Counted from the first letter of the stretch, positions 48,970 to 57,306 are shown. The stretch: DNA of 64,000 nt from Faecalibacterium sp. UBA1762 (GCA_002314755.1 DCHC01000016.1:16135-80134); one strand, 5' to 3'. Notes: generated by a model from the sequence alone, not told the origin. Numbers and translations are program-made.

Positions 48970-49398
48970 TCAGATTTTGCCCTCATAGTATTGCTCAATA
49001 AATTCCAAAAGCGATGCGGCGATCGTAGCGCTTTCCTGTGTTTCGTGTTCCCAAAGATAGATTTCATCTCCGTAATTGCCGTTTTCGTTCTTCCGATAGC
49101 CGTAATAGTCACCGCAGCCGTTTTCGGCGAAGAACAAAAATTTTGAAATATCGAGGAAGGTATCGCTCCAAACATCCGTCAGCATTTGATTCTCTTCCTC
49201 AATCTTTTCGGCAGAAAATAGAAGATATCCGTCGCCGTTCAATTCCGTAAGCAGTTTTTCTAAGTCCGTTGGCAACGGAGATCTGAAGTATTTTTCAACT
49301 TCTTTGATCTTATTCGCATCGGCAGGCAATTCTATCTTTCCGTACGGGCGTTCATTTTCATATTTTTTGACGATTTCCAAGTACATATCGATGACCAT
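48970..49398 (-). CDS. SMI1/KNR4 (SUKH) family protein, immunity-protein type
   Basis: Typical SUKH pattern: ...LPTDLEKLLTELNGDGYLLFS...FFAENGCGDYYGY...IYLWEHE...SLLEFIEQ. Confidence 0.8.
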   Translation of the reverse strand: MVIDMYLEIVKKYENERPYGKIELPADANKIKEVEKYFRSPLPTDLEKLLTELNGDGYLLFSAEKIEEENQMLTDVWSDTFLDISKFLFFAENGCGDYYGYRKNENGNYGDEIYLWEHETQESATIAASLLEFIEQYYEGKI

Positions 49399-49575
49399 TT
49401 ACTTTCTGCTTTGTTTCCATCCCACAGGGATAAATCGCAGATGTTTTGATTTTCCTTCCGCATAGTCTTTTACCGCTTTGAGGTGCTTCCGAAAACCGAT
49501 ACCGGAAGCATCCAAAACGAAAAAGAATGCGATCAATGATACCAAGCCGAGCATCCATTTCATGATCTTCTTCAT
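49399..49575 (-). CDS. Possible small membrane protein (58 aa), below the ORF-track cutoff
   Basis: My own translation gives MKKIMKWMLGLVSLIAFFFVLDASGIGFRKHLKAVKDYAEGKSKHLRFIPVGWKQSRK*. GGAG lies 10 nt upstream, and its stop abuts the SMI1 start (TAAATG). Confidence 0.45.
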   Translation of the reverse strand: MKKIMKWMLGLVSLIAFFFVLDASGIGFRKHLKAVKDYAEGKSKHLRFIPVGWKQSRK

Positions 49576-49592
49576 GTGATATTACTCCGTTT

Positions 49593-50570
49593 TTAATTCG
49601 AGCACGCTATTGAATCAATAAAGTTGATTATCTCTTTTTCGACCTCGGCTGCGTTTGACCAATGCAGATAATGGGACGAACCCGCGAGTGTGACCTGCTT
49701 ACTGTTTTCCGACCACCCGGCTAAGGTGTTTTGTACAACGCTCCATGCCTCACCGCTATCGGAGGACAAAACAAGAACCGGCAATTCTCCCAACCGGGGA
49801 CCATTGATCACCTTTTCTGCATTCTCGTTCATTTCCTCAATTGCTTGCAGGGTGGCTTTACTTCCTGCGTATCTATTGAACATTGCCTTATCAAGGGCTG
49901 CAATATCCGACGGCAAGCTCTTCAGTCGTTCGCTCTCGTCGTAAAGCGGTATCGGTACGCCGAGGAAACATAGGGCCCGATTCAATCCGATTGTACGTGT
50001 GAAGGCAATGCCTCTGTTCCGAATTTTCGCTGTTATTTCCGAGTCGGCTCTGTAAAATTCCGGGTCACCGGAATCGAGAAACACAACACCCGCTACCTTT
50101 TCGGGATTCTGTTGAGCAAAATAGATTGCTTCCAGAGAGCCGAGAGAATGGCAAACAAGAACAATCGGTTTATCGGGAGCAACGCTATCAATTAGTGTCT
50201 TTAATTCGTTGCTGAGGTTTTCGACCGTTCGCGGCGTATCCGTATTTGAACTGAAGCCGCTTCCTGCGTGGTCAAAGGAAACGGACTGTACCTTGTCGTT
50301 GAGTTTTTCTTGGAGATTATAAAAATCCGTATAGGCACTCGGCATTCCCGAACCGGCAATGAAAACAACGGCAGCATCACCGTTTCCCTTAGATACATAA
50401 TGCATATCAAAAGCATCGGTATGAACATACTCTCCAATGGCAGTAACGCTTTCGGTTTCAATCGCAACTGAAACCGCCTGCCAAATTGTACCGATAAGGA
50501 TGGGCAAAAGGCAAATTGTAACCGTAAGCAGCCATCGGAACCTACGGGGTAATGATTGGTGTTTTTTCAT
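49593..50570 (-). CDS. Alpha/beta-fold hydrolase with N-terminal membrane anchor
   Basis: Nucleophile elbow CHSLGS and an N-terminal hydrophobic segment. Lies 5 nt downstream of the tetR-like gene. Confidence 0.85.
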   Translation of the reverse strand: MKKHQSLPRRFRWLLTVTICLLPILIGTIWQAVSVAIETESVTAIGEYVHTDAFDMHYVSKGNGDAAVVFIAGSGMPSAYTDFYNLQEKLNDKVQSVSFDHAGSGFSSNTDTPRTVENLSNELKTLIDSVAPDKPIVLVCHSLGSLEAIYFAQQNPEKVAGVVFLDSGDPEFYRADSEITAKIRNRGIAFTRTIGLNRALCFLGVPIPLYDESERLKSLPSDIAALDKAMFNRYAGSKATLQAIEEMNENAEKVINGPRLGELPVLVLSSDSGEAWSVVQNTLAGWSENSKQVTLAGSSHYLHWSNAAEVEKEIINFIDSIACSN

Positions 50571-50575
50571 ATCCC

Positions 50576-51223
50576 TTAAACCATGCCGAGCAATGTCAAC
50601 CCGGAAACCGTTTCCGCCGTGTTGTCATCGGTGAAATCGTTGTTTCCGCAAACCGAAAGGAAATATTCGATATGTTCCTTGATTTTTTCGATGATTTCCT
50701 TTTCCTTCTGCGGCTCACGGTCTGCAAAGTGGATAAGCATGGTTATCGGCGCAGTGTAGCCGAGCGCAAGAAGTGATGAATTGTCTGTTTTTACTTTCCC
50801 ATTTTTCATCAGATGCGCAAAAACATCCGAATAAATGGCTTCGATATCACCGCTGAAATGCTTTGTTGCAAGGGTACTCATTCGCTCATTGCGGAACTGT
50901 TCAATCGTCAATAATTTACGAACCTTTTTCACCGTCTCGTCGTGTAGGGTGAAACCCACCTGACGAAGCGTCAATTCTTTCAGTTTATCAAGCGTATCGG
51001 GAAGCGGAATATTCTTCACCTTACCGAAGTGCTCTCCGTAATAGCGCTCAACCTTACCGATCAGTGCGTCCCAAAGTGCCTCTTTGCTGTCATAGTGCTT
51101 AAACAACGCACCCTTCGTCACCTTCAGGCAGTCGGCAATGTCCTGCAGGCTTGTACCGTCATACCCATTTTGCGAAAACAACGACAGGGAAACATCCATA
51201 ATATCATCATTTGAAATAGCCAT
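50576..51223 (-). CDS. TetR/AcrR-family transcriptional regulator
   Basis: Start at 51223 (MAISNDDIMDVSLSLFSQNGYDGTSLQDIADCLKVTKGALFKHY), preceded by AGGAGAG. Confidence 0.88.
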   Translation of the reverse strand: MAISNDDIMDVSLSLFSQNGYDGTSLQDIADCLKVTKGALFKHYDSKEALWDALIGKVERYYGEHFGKVKNIPLPDTLDKLKELTLRQVGFTLHDETVKKVRKLLTIEQFRNERMSTLATKHFSGDIEAIYSDVFAHLMKNGKVKTDNSSLLALGYTAPITMLIHFADREPQKEKEIIEKIKEHIEYFLSVCGNNDFTDDNTAETVSGLTLLGMV

Positions 51224-51243
51224 AGTAACTCTCCTAAAGCATA

Positions 51244-51285
51244 GTAACCGATTGGTCACTTTCATTATAGTAACTAATCGGTTAC
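51244..51285. promoter_or_regulatory. Two tandem 16-bp imperfect palindromes, candidate TetR operators
   Basis: GTAACCGATTGGTCAC (51244-51259) and GTAACTAATCGGTTAC (51270-51285), each 12/16 self-complementary, lying 21-62 nt upstream of the tetR start. Confidence 0.5.
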
Positions 51286-51460
51286 CTGTCAACAATAAAG
51301 CCCACTGTTCTTTTGCTGATCAGTGGGCTGCCTTGCTTATATTCAGGCCGTCAGACTATGTTCCTGTGTTGCTTTCAGATATGTCTGCAACCTCGTTTTC
51401 AACGGAGATAGTGTCAATGCTGACCGCCGTTCCTTCGGAGTATTTCAAATTCCACGCAGA

Positions 51461-51487
51461 CTGTTTTTTTGGTGCGATGGAAGGGAC
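51461..51487. repeat. Direct repeat of the tRNA-Arg 3' end plus its downstream T-run (att-like remnant)
   Basis: ctgtttttt-tggtgcgatggaagggac here against ctgttttttatggtgcgatggaagggac at 51638-51665. The 18-nt core is identical. Confidence 0.7.
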
Positions 51488-51606
51488 ATTGAACCGCACC
51501 ACACCGTCGCTTCACTTCCGGTCGTGGTGCATACAATTTTCTAAAAGTGATCGGCAAGGAAAAGCGCCTGAAAATTGCAAGGGTCTCGAGGAGCAACCAT
51601 CACACC

Positions 51607-51640
51607 ATAAAAAACAGCCACAACCTAACGGTTGCGGCTG
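51607..51640 (-). terminator. Rho-independent terminator downstream of tRNA-Arg
   Basis: 11-bp stem (one G.U on the minus-strand RNA) around loop ttag, with an A6/T6 flank. Confidence 0.6.
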
Positions 51641-51647
51641 TTTTTTA

Positions 51648-51724
51648 TGGTGCGATGGAAGGGACTCGAACCCCTGACCTACTGGTTCGTAGCCAGTCAC
51701 TCTATCCAGCTGAGCTACCAACGC
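51648..51724 (-). tRNA. tRNA-Arg (anticodon ACG)
   Basis: I hand-folded a 77-nt cloverleaf: D-arm GCTC/GAGT, anticodon loop CTACGAA, T-loop TTCGAGT, encoded CCA. The acceptor stem has one U4.U69 mismatch. Closely resembles E. coli tRNA-Arg(ACG). Confidence 0.9.
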
Positions 51725-51738
51725 AGGGAACAGGTATG

Positions 51739-51767
51739 ATTGTACCATATCCCGCACGGTTTGTCAA
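51739..51767 (-). promoter_or_regulatory. Consensus sigmaA promoter for tRNA-Arg
   Basis: Minus strand: TTGACA, 17-nt spacer, TGgTACAAT. Confidence 0.6.
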
Positions 51768-51836
51768 TTCTTTTTTATCTTTTGGTCGACGCTGACACAA
51801 GAATCCGCTCAGATTCCTCTGCTCGGTTCTTTCCTG

Positions 51837-54458
51837 TCATTCACACACAACCGACAGCTTAGAGCCTGTGACTGTTTTGGTCACCACAATCTTTTTGTCG
51901 ATGGTATCCTTCAGCTCGGCAACATGACTGATCACCCCGATCAGCCGCTTGCCGTCCGCCAGCTTATATAGCATTGCGCGGGCTTGCCGCAGCATATTCT
52001 CATCCAATGAGCCAAAGCCCTCGTCAATAAACATAGCGTCCAGCCGCACATTGCCGCTGCCCGCCTGCACGACATCCGAAAGCCCCAAAGCAAGCGACAA
52101 CGCCGCCACAAAGCTTTCACCGCCGGAGAGGGTGGATGCATCCCGCCACTGGCCGGTATTTCTATCCAACACATCCAGATCCAGGCCGGATTGCGACCTT
52201 TTATCCTTACCTTCCTCTTTGCAGCGGAAGGTAAACATCCCGCCGGTCAACGCCTGCAGTCGTATGTTGGCTGCGGAAACCACCTGCTTAAAGTAATACT
52301 GCTGCACATAGGCTTCAAAGGTTATCTTGACCTGTCCCTGTATCTGTCCGGATACATTCCGGTACACCTCATGTACCGTGGCATACTGTTTTGCGTCTTT
52401 TTCCTTTTGGCTTAACAGCTGCGCAATCTGTGTATACAAGCTCTGATTACTTTCCACCAGCTTCTCCAGTTTGGTTCTTTGCGCAAGCGCGGCCCCGCTT
52501 AAGTTAACTGCTACCAGCACTTGTTGCTCTAGTTCGGTGATATCCGCCGGTTGTTTTCCCTGCAATCTCTGCTGCAGTTGTTCCGAGTTTTCCCGGACAA
52601 CTACCAGCTGGGTACGGTAATCCTCCAGCTGTTCACGTATTTTCTCGCATTGCTGGATATCCGGTATGGCCTGTTCCAGCGCCTCTTCATCGGCAAAGCC
52701 GCAGTGCTCCAGCATCTCCCTGTACTGTTTTTCCAGCGTCACGGCATCTGCCTGCAGCTGCTGCAGAGTATCTGCGCGCACGGCGCCGGTCAACTGTGCT
52801 ACAGTGGCATCGGCCTGCTGCCGGTTTTTCCGGGCAGTTTGCAGCTGCGCCGTCAGCCTGGTAATCTCCTGCTGCAACGCCTCAGCTTGCCGTTTCAGCT
52901 CCTCGGCATCCGTATCCTGTCCGATATCGGCCTCCTGCAGCCGCTGGCGGTAAGTCTCCACCTGCGCGTTTTGCTTCATCCAGTCCTCATTGGCTTTTTT
53001 CAGCTTTTCCTCTGCTGTCTTGCGCAAGACATCCGCTCTGTCCAGGTCCTCCCGGGTCGCATCCTCTGGCGTATGCGGCGCAGGCGCCGGATGATGACAG
53101 GAGCCGCACACCGGGCAGGGCTTGCCCTGCTGCAGGCTCTGCGCCAATATACCGCCTAACCCGGAGAAAAAGCTTGTTCTGATCCGCAGATAAGCGTCAT
53201 CCCTTTGATGCAGCTCCGCGCCTGCCGTTTCAACCTGTTTTTTTAATACAACGCAGCTTTTTTCCAGCTGTTGCAGCTGCACGCAAAGAGGAATTGCCTG
53301 CTGTAAAAGATGCAGCCGAATATTCTTGTCTTCTACGGTCTGTCCCTCTTCCTCTGCTTTTTCCAGTTCAGCGACCGCCTGTGCCTGCCGTTTTTCCGTC
53401 TGCCGCAGCTGCAAGGTCGCCATCTGCAAACGGTCTTGCTCCCGCTCCGCATCGGCGATCTTCTGCCGATAAAGCTGCCGTGAGCTTACTACATGGACCG
53501 CTCTCTCCGCGCGTTCCAGGCGTCGGGCCTCCTGCTCCATCTCCGGCTTTCGCATCAGCATTTCAGCCTCTTTCAGCCGGTTTTGCTCCAAGGCGATATA
53601 GTCGCGCGCGAGAGCCTTTTCTATCTCTACCTGCCGAACCAACTGATTTTTCTTTTGCTCTAAACGTTCGTATTCCTGACCGGCCTGTACCAACCGACTT
53701 TTCGCGGTATTACACCAGTCCGCAACTCCCTCGGTCAGCTGCCCTGCATACTGTGCGCCGCTCTGCCACAAAGCCAGCTTTTCGTTTTCGGGGTCTTCCG
53801 GTAAAAACTTTACCTGACGGGCGCAGGCTTCGATACCGATATCCGTCTTTTCCGCCTGCTCCCGGTAGCGGCGCTCCAAATCCTTCAGCTTATCCTGCAG
53901 TTTTCCGTAAATACCGGTGTTGAAAATCTTTTTGAACAGCACGCTGCGCTCATCGCTTTTACTGTTCAGTATCTTTAAAAAGTCACCCTGCGCGATCATC
54001 ACGGTTTGTGAAAACTGGGGTGCAGTCAGACCAATCAGCTCCGTAGCGCGGTTTGTCACCTCTGTAACACCGATTGTCTGTTCCCCGGTCTGTGTGCAGG
54101 TAAGCTCTGCAAAGGCATTATTTTTCACCTCACCGTCACCGACCTTTTTTGCCCGCATATATTCCGGCTCGCGGGTAATGGTATACTCTCTGTCTTTATG
54201 CAAAAATGTGTAACGCACATAGGTCTTTGTACTGCTGCCCGCGTAATCTGAGCGAAAAGATTTTGCGTTTCGCCGTTTATCTCCGCCGGAAGCTGTTCCG
54301 TACAGAGCAAAGCAGATTGCGTCAAACACGGTGGTTTTTCCGGCGCCGGTATCTCCGGTAATCAAAAAAAGGCCATCGGCGCCAAGCCGATCAAAATCGA
54401 CCGTTGTCAGCTCCGCATAGGGACCAAATCCGCACATTTCCAGTTTAATCGGCTTCAT
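51837..54458 (-). CDS. sbcC: Exonuclease SbcC (Rad50-like ATPase)
   Basis: Walker A GDTGAGKTT, long coiled coil with zinc hook CPVCGS, C-terminal signature LSGGESF and Walker B LDAMFIDEGFG. Confidence 0.9.
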   Translation of the reverse strand: MKPIKLEMCGFGPYAELTTVDFDRLGADGLFLITGDTGAGKTTVFDAICFALYGTASGGDKRRNAKSFRSDYAGSSTKTYVRYTFLHKDREYTITREPEYMRAKKVGDGEVKNNAFAELTCTQTGEQTIGVTEVTNRATELIGLTAPQFSQTVMIAQGDFLKILNSKSDERSVLFKKIFNTGIYGKLQDKLKDLERRYREQAEKTDIGIEACARQVKFLPEDPENEKLALWQSGAQYAGQLTEGVADWCNTAKSRLVQAGQEYERLEQKKNQLVRQVEIEKALARDYIALEQNRLKEAEMLMRKPEMEQEARRLERAERAVHVVSSRQLYRQKIADAEREQDRLQMATLQLRQTEKRQAQAVAELEKAEEEGQTVEDKNIRLHLLQQAIPLCVQLQQLEKSCVVLKKQVETAGAELHQRDDAYLRIRTSFFSGLGGILAQSLQQGKPCPVCGSCHHPAPAPHTPEDATREDLDRADVLRKTAEEKLKKANEDWMKQNAQVETYRQRLQEADIGQDTDAEELKRQAEALQQEITRLTAQLQTARKNRQQADATVAQLTGAVRADTLQQLQADAVTLEKQYREMLEHCGFADEEALEQAIPDIQQCEKIREQLEDYRTQLVVVRENSEQLQQRLQGKQPADITELEQQVLVAVNLSGAALAQRTKLEKLVESNQSLYTQIAQLLSQKEKDAKQYATVHEVYRNVSGQIQGQVKITFEAYVQQYYFKQVVSAANIRLQALTGGMFTFRCKEEGKDKRSQSGLDLDVLDRNTGQWRDASTLSGGESFVAALSLALGLSDVVQAGSGNVRLDAMFIDEGFGSLDENMLRQARAMLYKLADGKRLIGVISHVAELKDTIDKKIVVTKTVTGSKLSVVCE

Positions 54459-55578
54459 AGGGCGCCTCCTTCAGTTCCTGTGCCAGCTCTTCCACCAGCC
54501 CAGTCTGTGCTTCATCCGGCATAGCGTCATTGTTCTGCAACCGGAAGAAATCACAGAACAGCTCCACGACCGTTTTGTTTTCTATGCTTTCCTGTGCACA
54601 AACAGAGATATCCTGTTTGGTTTTACTATTTTCTACCGTGAACAAAACCATGTTGGGAAAATTGACCGACAGGGTCACCCGCGCGTCCGGCGGAACAATC
54701 TCGTCATGAACCGTAATATGCAGGTAATCCTCGGAATAAGGCAGCTCCATCAGTTCATCCAGCAAGCCTTCTATATTGCGCACATCGTGTGGCAGCTGCA
54801 GTGGAATCTGTTCTATTTGTAGATGGCCTTTTTCCCCCAGCTCCACCAAGGTGACGCTTTTTTTGTGGGTAGCCTCGGAGAGAGAATATTTCGCAATGGA
54901 TCCAGCATACCGCAATGTATCCCTTCCAACCCGCTGCGGTTTGTGAATATGCCCCAGCGCCACATAGTCAAACCCGTCAAAGATACGGCCGTCCACATTA
55001 TCCAGACCGCCTACCGAGCTTTCTTCCTCCCCTGTCAGCTCCGCGCCCGTCACATACTGATGTGCCAGCAATACATTGCGCTTGGTGGTATCCGGCTCGG
55101 AATGCCGGATCACCGTTTCGATGGCGTCGGTATAGTTCTCGATTTTTTCCTCCGGGTAGATTCTGCGCACCTGTCCCGGACGAATAAAGGGCAACAAATG
55201 TACCGTCACTTCGCCAAAGGCATCGGTTAGGGTAAACCGCTGCAGTACGCCGGAAAACTGTTCGGATACAAAAACCCCCGCCCCGCGGATCAGGTCGGAA
55301 AAATAGGAGATTCTCTGGTCCGAATCGTGATTACCGCTGATGGCATATACCCGAATACCGCTGCCGACAAGCGCCGTCAAAAAGCGGTTGTAAACGGTCA
55401 TTGCCTCGCTTTGCGGGGTCGCCCGCTGGTAGATATCCCCGGCAATCAGCACCGCGTCCACCTGTTGCCGCTGTGCAATTGTGACAATCTGCTCCAGCAG
55501 GATAACCTGATCGGGCAGCAGAGAGATATCCCGCAGCTTTTTGCCGATATGTAAATCCGCAATGTGTAATAATTTCAT
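54445..55578 (-). CDS. sbcD: Exonuclease SbcD (Mre11-like nuclease)
   Basis: Start at 55578 (MKLLHIADLHIGKK). Phosphoesterase motifs DLH, GDIYQ, GNHD and GHIH. Overlaps the sbcC start by 14 nt. Confidence 0.9.
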   Translation of the reverse strand: MKLLHIADLHIGKKLRDISLLPDQVILLEQIVTIAQRQQVDAVLIAGDIYQRATPQSEAMTVYNRFLTALVGSGIRVYAISGNHDSDQRISYFSDLIRGAGVFVSEQFSGVLQRFTLTDAFGEVTVHLLPFIRPGQVRRIYPEEKIENYTDAIETVIRHSEPDTTKRNVLLAHQYVTGAELTGEEESSVGGLDNVDGRIFDGFDYVALGHIHKPQRVGRDTLRYAGSIAKYSLSEATHKKSVTLVELGEKGHLQIEQIPLQLPHDVRNIEGLLDELMELPYSEDYLHITVHDEIVPPDARVTLSVNFPNMVLFTVENSKTKQDISVCAQESIENKTVVELFCDFFRLQNNDAMPDEAQTGLVEELAQELKEAPYEAD

Positions 55579-55751
55579 GCTTATGACCCTACCTTTCCCG
55601 GAACCGTACATTGGTTTTGCAAATCTGGCTCATCCGGCTTATCCCATTATACCATACTGTGGTTTGCGATAAAACGGATTTTCAAATTTTTTCCGGTAAA
55701 ATACCACCCATCTCGTGCCTATCTTCTATCAGACGGAATCTGTCTGAAATC

Positions 55752-55779
55752 TTGACATTTGCCTTAAATCAGGTATACT
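55752..55779 (+). promoter_or_regulatory. SigmaA-type promoter candidate for MFS paralogue 2
   Basis: TTGACA, 16-nt spacer, TATACT. Leaves a GC-rich leader of about 100 nt. Confidence 0.45.
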
Positions 55780-55880
55780 ATGTAAGACACACGCGTCGCG
55801 TAAACGACTGTACCGTACGCCGCGTGCCTTGCCCTGTGTTCGGGCAGTTCTATTACCTAAAACCGGAGGTCATTTTTTCT

Positions 55881-57182
55881 ATGCTTCCCATCCTGTTAAA
55901 AAATAGCAATAATCCGGCAGCCCGTACCCGCGTTGTATACCCTATTGAAGCAGCGGTGGATTACTTTATCAGCCTGACTGTCACCGGGGCTTTTCTGACG
56001 ATCCTGATCAAACAGATGGGTGTGTCGGATTCTCTGAACGGCATCATCTCCTCGCTGGTCACCGTTTCTGCAACCATTCAGATATTTACTGCCAGCTTTA
56101 TGGGTAAGCGCCGCAGTGTGCGCAGAACCTCACTTTTTCTGCAAATTGCGCAGCATCTATTATATGCCCTGCTCTATCTGCTGCCGTTCTTCCGGCTGGG
56201 GGCCGGGGTGCAGGTGGTACTGTTTACCGTTATCTACCTGGCGGCAGCGTGCCTGTGCTCTATGGTCAGCTCTGCCAAATTCAGCTGGCTGAATTCCTTT
56301 GTAGAACCCGGTCAGCGTGGCATCTATTCTGCCCGTAAAGAGATGATTTCCCTGATCTCCGGCATCATTTACAATTATATTATGAGCCGGGTTCTGGACC
56401 ATTACGCCGAGGTCGGCGAACTGAATACCGGCTTTTTGATCTGTGCCGTCTCCATTCTGGTACTGATGGTCATTCATATCGTTCTGATGCTGTTGACCGC
56501 TGATGCCCCCCAGATCATGCAGGATTTAAAAAACAGTCCCTCTTTAGGCAGCACCCTGAAAATCAACTTTTCCAATCCGGTCTTCCGTAAGCTACTGCTC
56601 GTCACCTGCGGGTGGAATTTCTTTTGCTATCTGTCCATCTCCTACTACAGCGTATATATGATCAGTGATATCGGTGTCACGGTCACCTTTATTGCCATCG
56701 CCGGTATCGTTTCCAGTTTGGTGCGCACCGTATTCAGCCCGAGATTAGGGAAATATGCCGATAAAAACGGCTTCGCCAGTGCTTTGCAGCTTGGTTTTCT
56801 CATTGCCGGCGTCTCCAATATCTGCATGACCCTCTGTTGCCCCGGTGTTCTGGCTAAGCCCATGTACATTCTGTATGTCTCTATCCACGCGCTTTCCATG
56901 GGTACACTGAACAGCAGTCTGCTGAATATTCTGTTTCAATATATTCCGAAAAAAGACTGCATGGGCGCGATGGGTCTGTATTCCGCCATCGGCGGTCTAA
57001 TCGGGTTCGGCGGCTCTTTACTGGGCGGCTGGATTCTGGCAACCGTACAGGCAAACGGCAACCGGGTAATGGGGCTGCCGCTCTACGGTCAGCAGCTGCT
57101 GAGCGTATTGACCGTGGCCGGTCTTGTGCTGCTGGTCATCTATATGCGCAAGGTCATTGCCAAACTGCCCCGCTTGGAATAA
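55881..57182 (+). CDS. MFS transporter (paralogue 2)
   Basis: ATG at 55881 follows GGAGGT. Collinear with 15008..16321 (for example GVSDSLNGIISS, ending VIAKLPRLE). Confidence 0.85.
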   Translation: MLPILLKNSNNPAARTRVVYPIEAAVDYFISLTVTGAFLTILIKQMGVSDSLNGIISSLVTVSATIQIFTASFMGKRRSVRRTSLFLQIAQHLLYALLYLLPFFRLGAGVQVVLFTVIYLAAACLCSMVSSAKFSWLNSFVEPGQRGIYSARKEMISLISGIIYNYIMSRVLDHYAEVGELNTGFLICAVSILVLMVIHIVLMLLTADAPQIMQDLKNSPSLGSTLKINFSNPVFRKLLLVTCGWNFFCYLSISYYSVYMISDIGVTVTFIAIAGIVSSLVRTVFSPRLGKYADKNGFASALQLGFLIAGVSNICMTLCCPGVLAKPMYILYVSIHALSMGTLNSSLLNILFQYIPKKDCMGAMGLYSAIGGLIGFGGSLLGGWILATVQANGNRVMGLPLYGQQLLSVLTVAGLVLLVIYMRKVIAKLPRLE

Positions 57183-57306
57183 CCCTTCTCCCTCTGTGTC
57201 CAACCAAATACCGCCTAAGAGAAAGCCGCACCGTATTCAAAATTCGGTGCGGCTTTTTTAGCAGTGAACCGTCCAACCAAACTCTGCAGTCCGGATAAAC
57301 CGTCTT

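Larger units (their letters stand above)
40985..51647. mobile_element. AT-richer accessory genomic island (integrase-less, partly decayed) abutting the tRNA-Arg 3' end
   Basis: Spot G+C counts on single 60-nt lines are 27/60 (41041) and 25/60 (48301) inside, against 38/60 (39001) and 39/60 (52801) outside. Cargo is of resistance/immunity type, gene fragments are present, and the tRNA 3'-end is duplicated at 51461-51487. Confidence 0.5.

Noticed and set aside
48918-49175. 85-aa minus-strand ORF
   Set aside because: It overlaps the 3' part of the well-supported SMI1/KNR4 gene in another frame and has no RBS.
51138-51757. ORFs 51138..51677 (+), 51323..51544 (+), 51414..51596 (-) and 51512..51757 (-)
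   Set aside because: They run through the TetR operator region, the att-like repeat, the terminator and the tRNA-Arg gene itself. The recurring WCDGRD peptide is simply the translated tRNA 3' end.
51837-55578. SbcC/SbcD pair as a candidate SMC-type defence system next to the island
   Set aside because: The pair has canonical Mre11 phosphoesterase motifs and a Rad50 zinc hook. The two genes overlap in the usual sbcDC order, their composition matches the host, and no extra effector gene is present. I treat it as housekeeping DNA repair.
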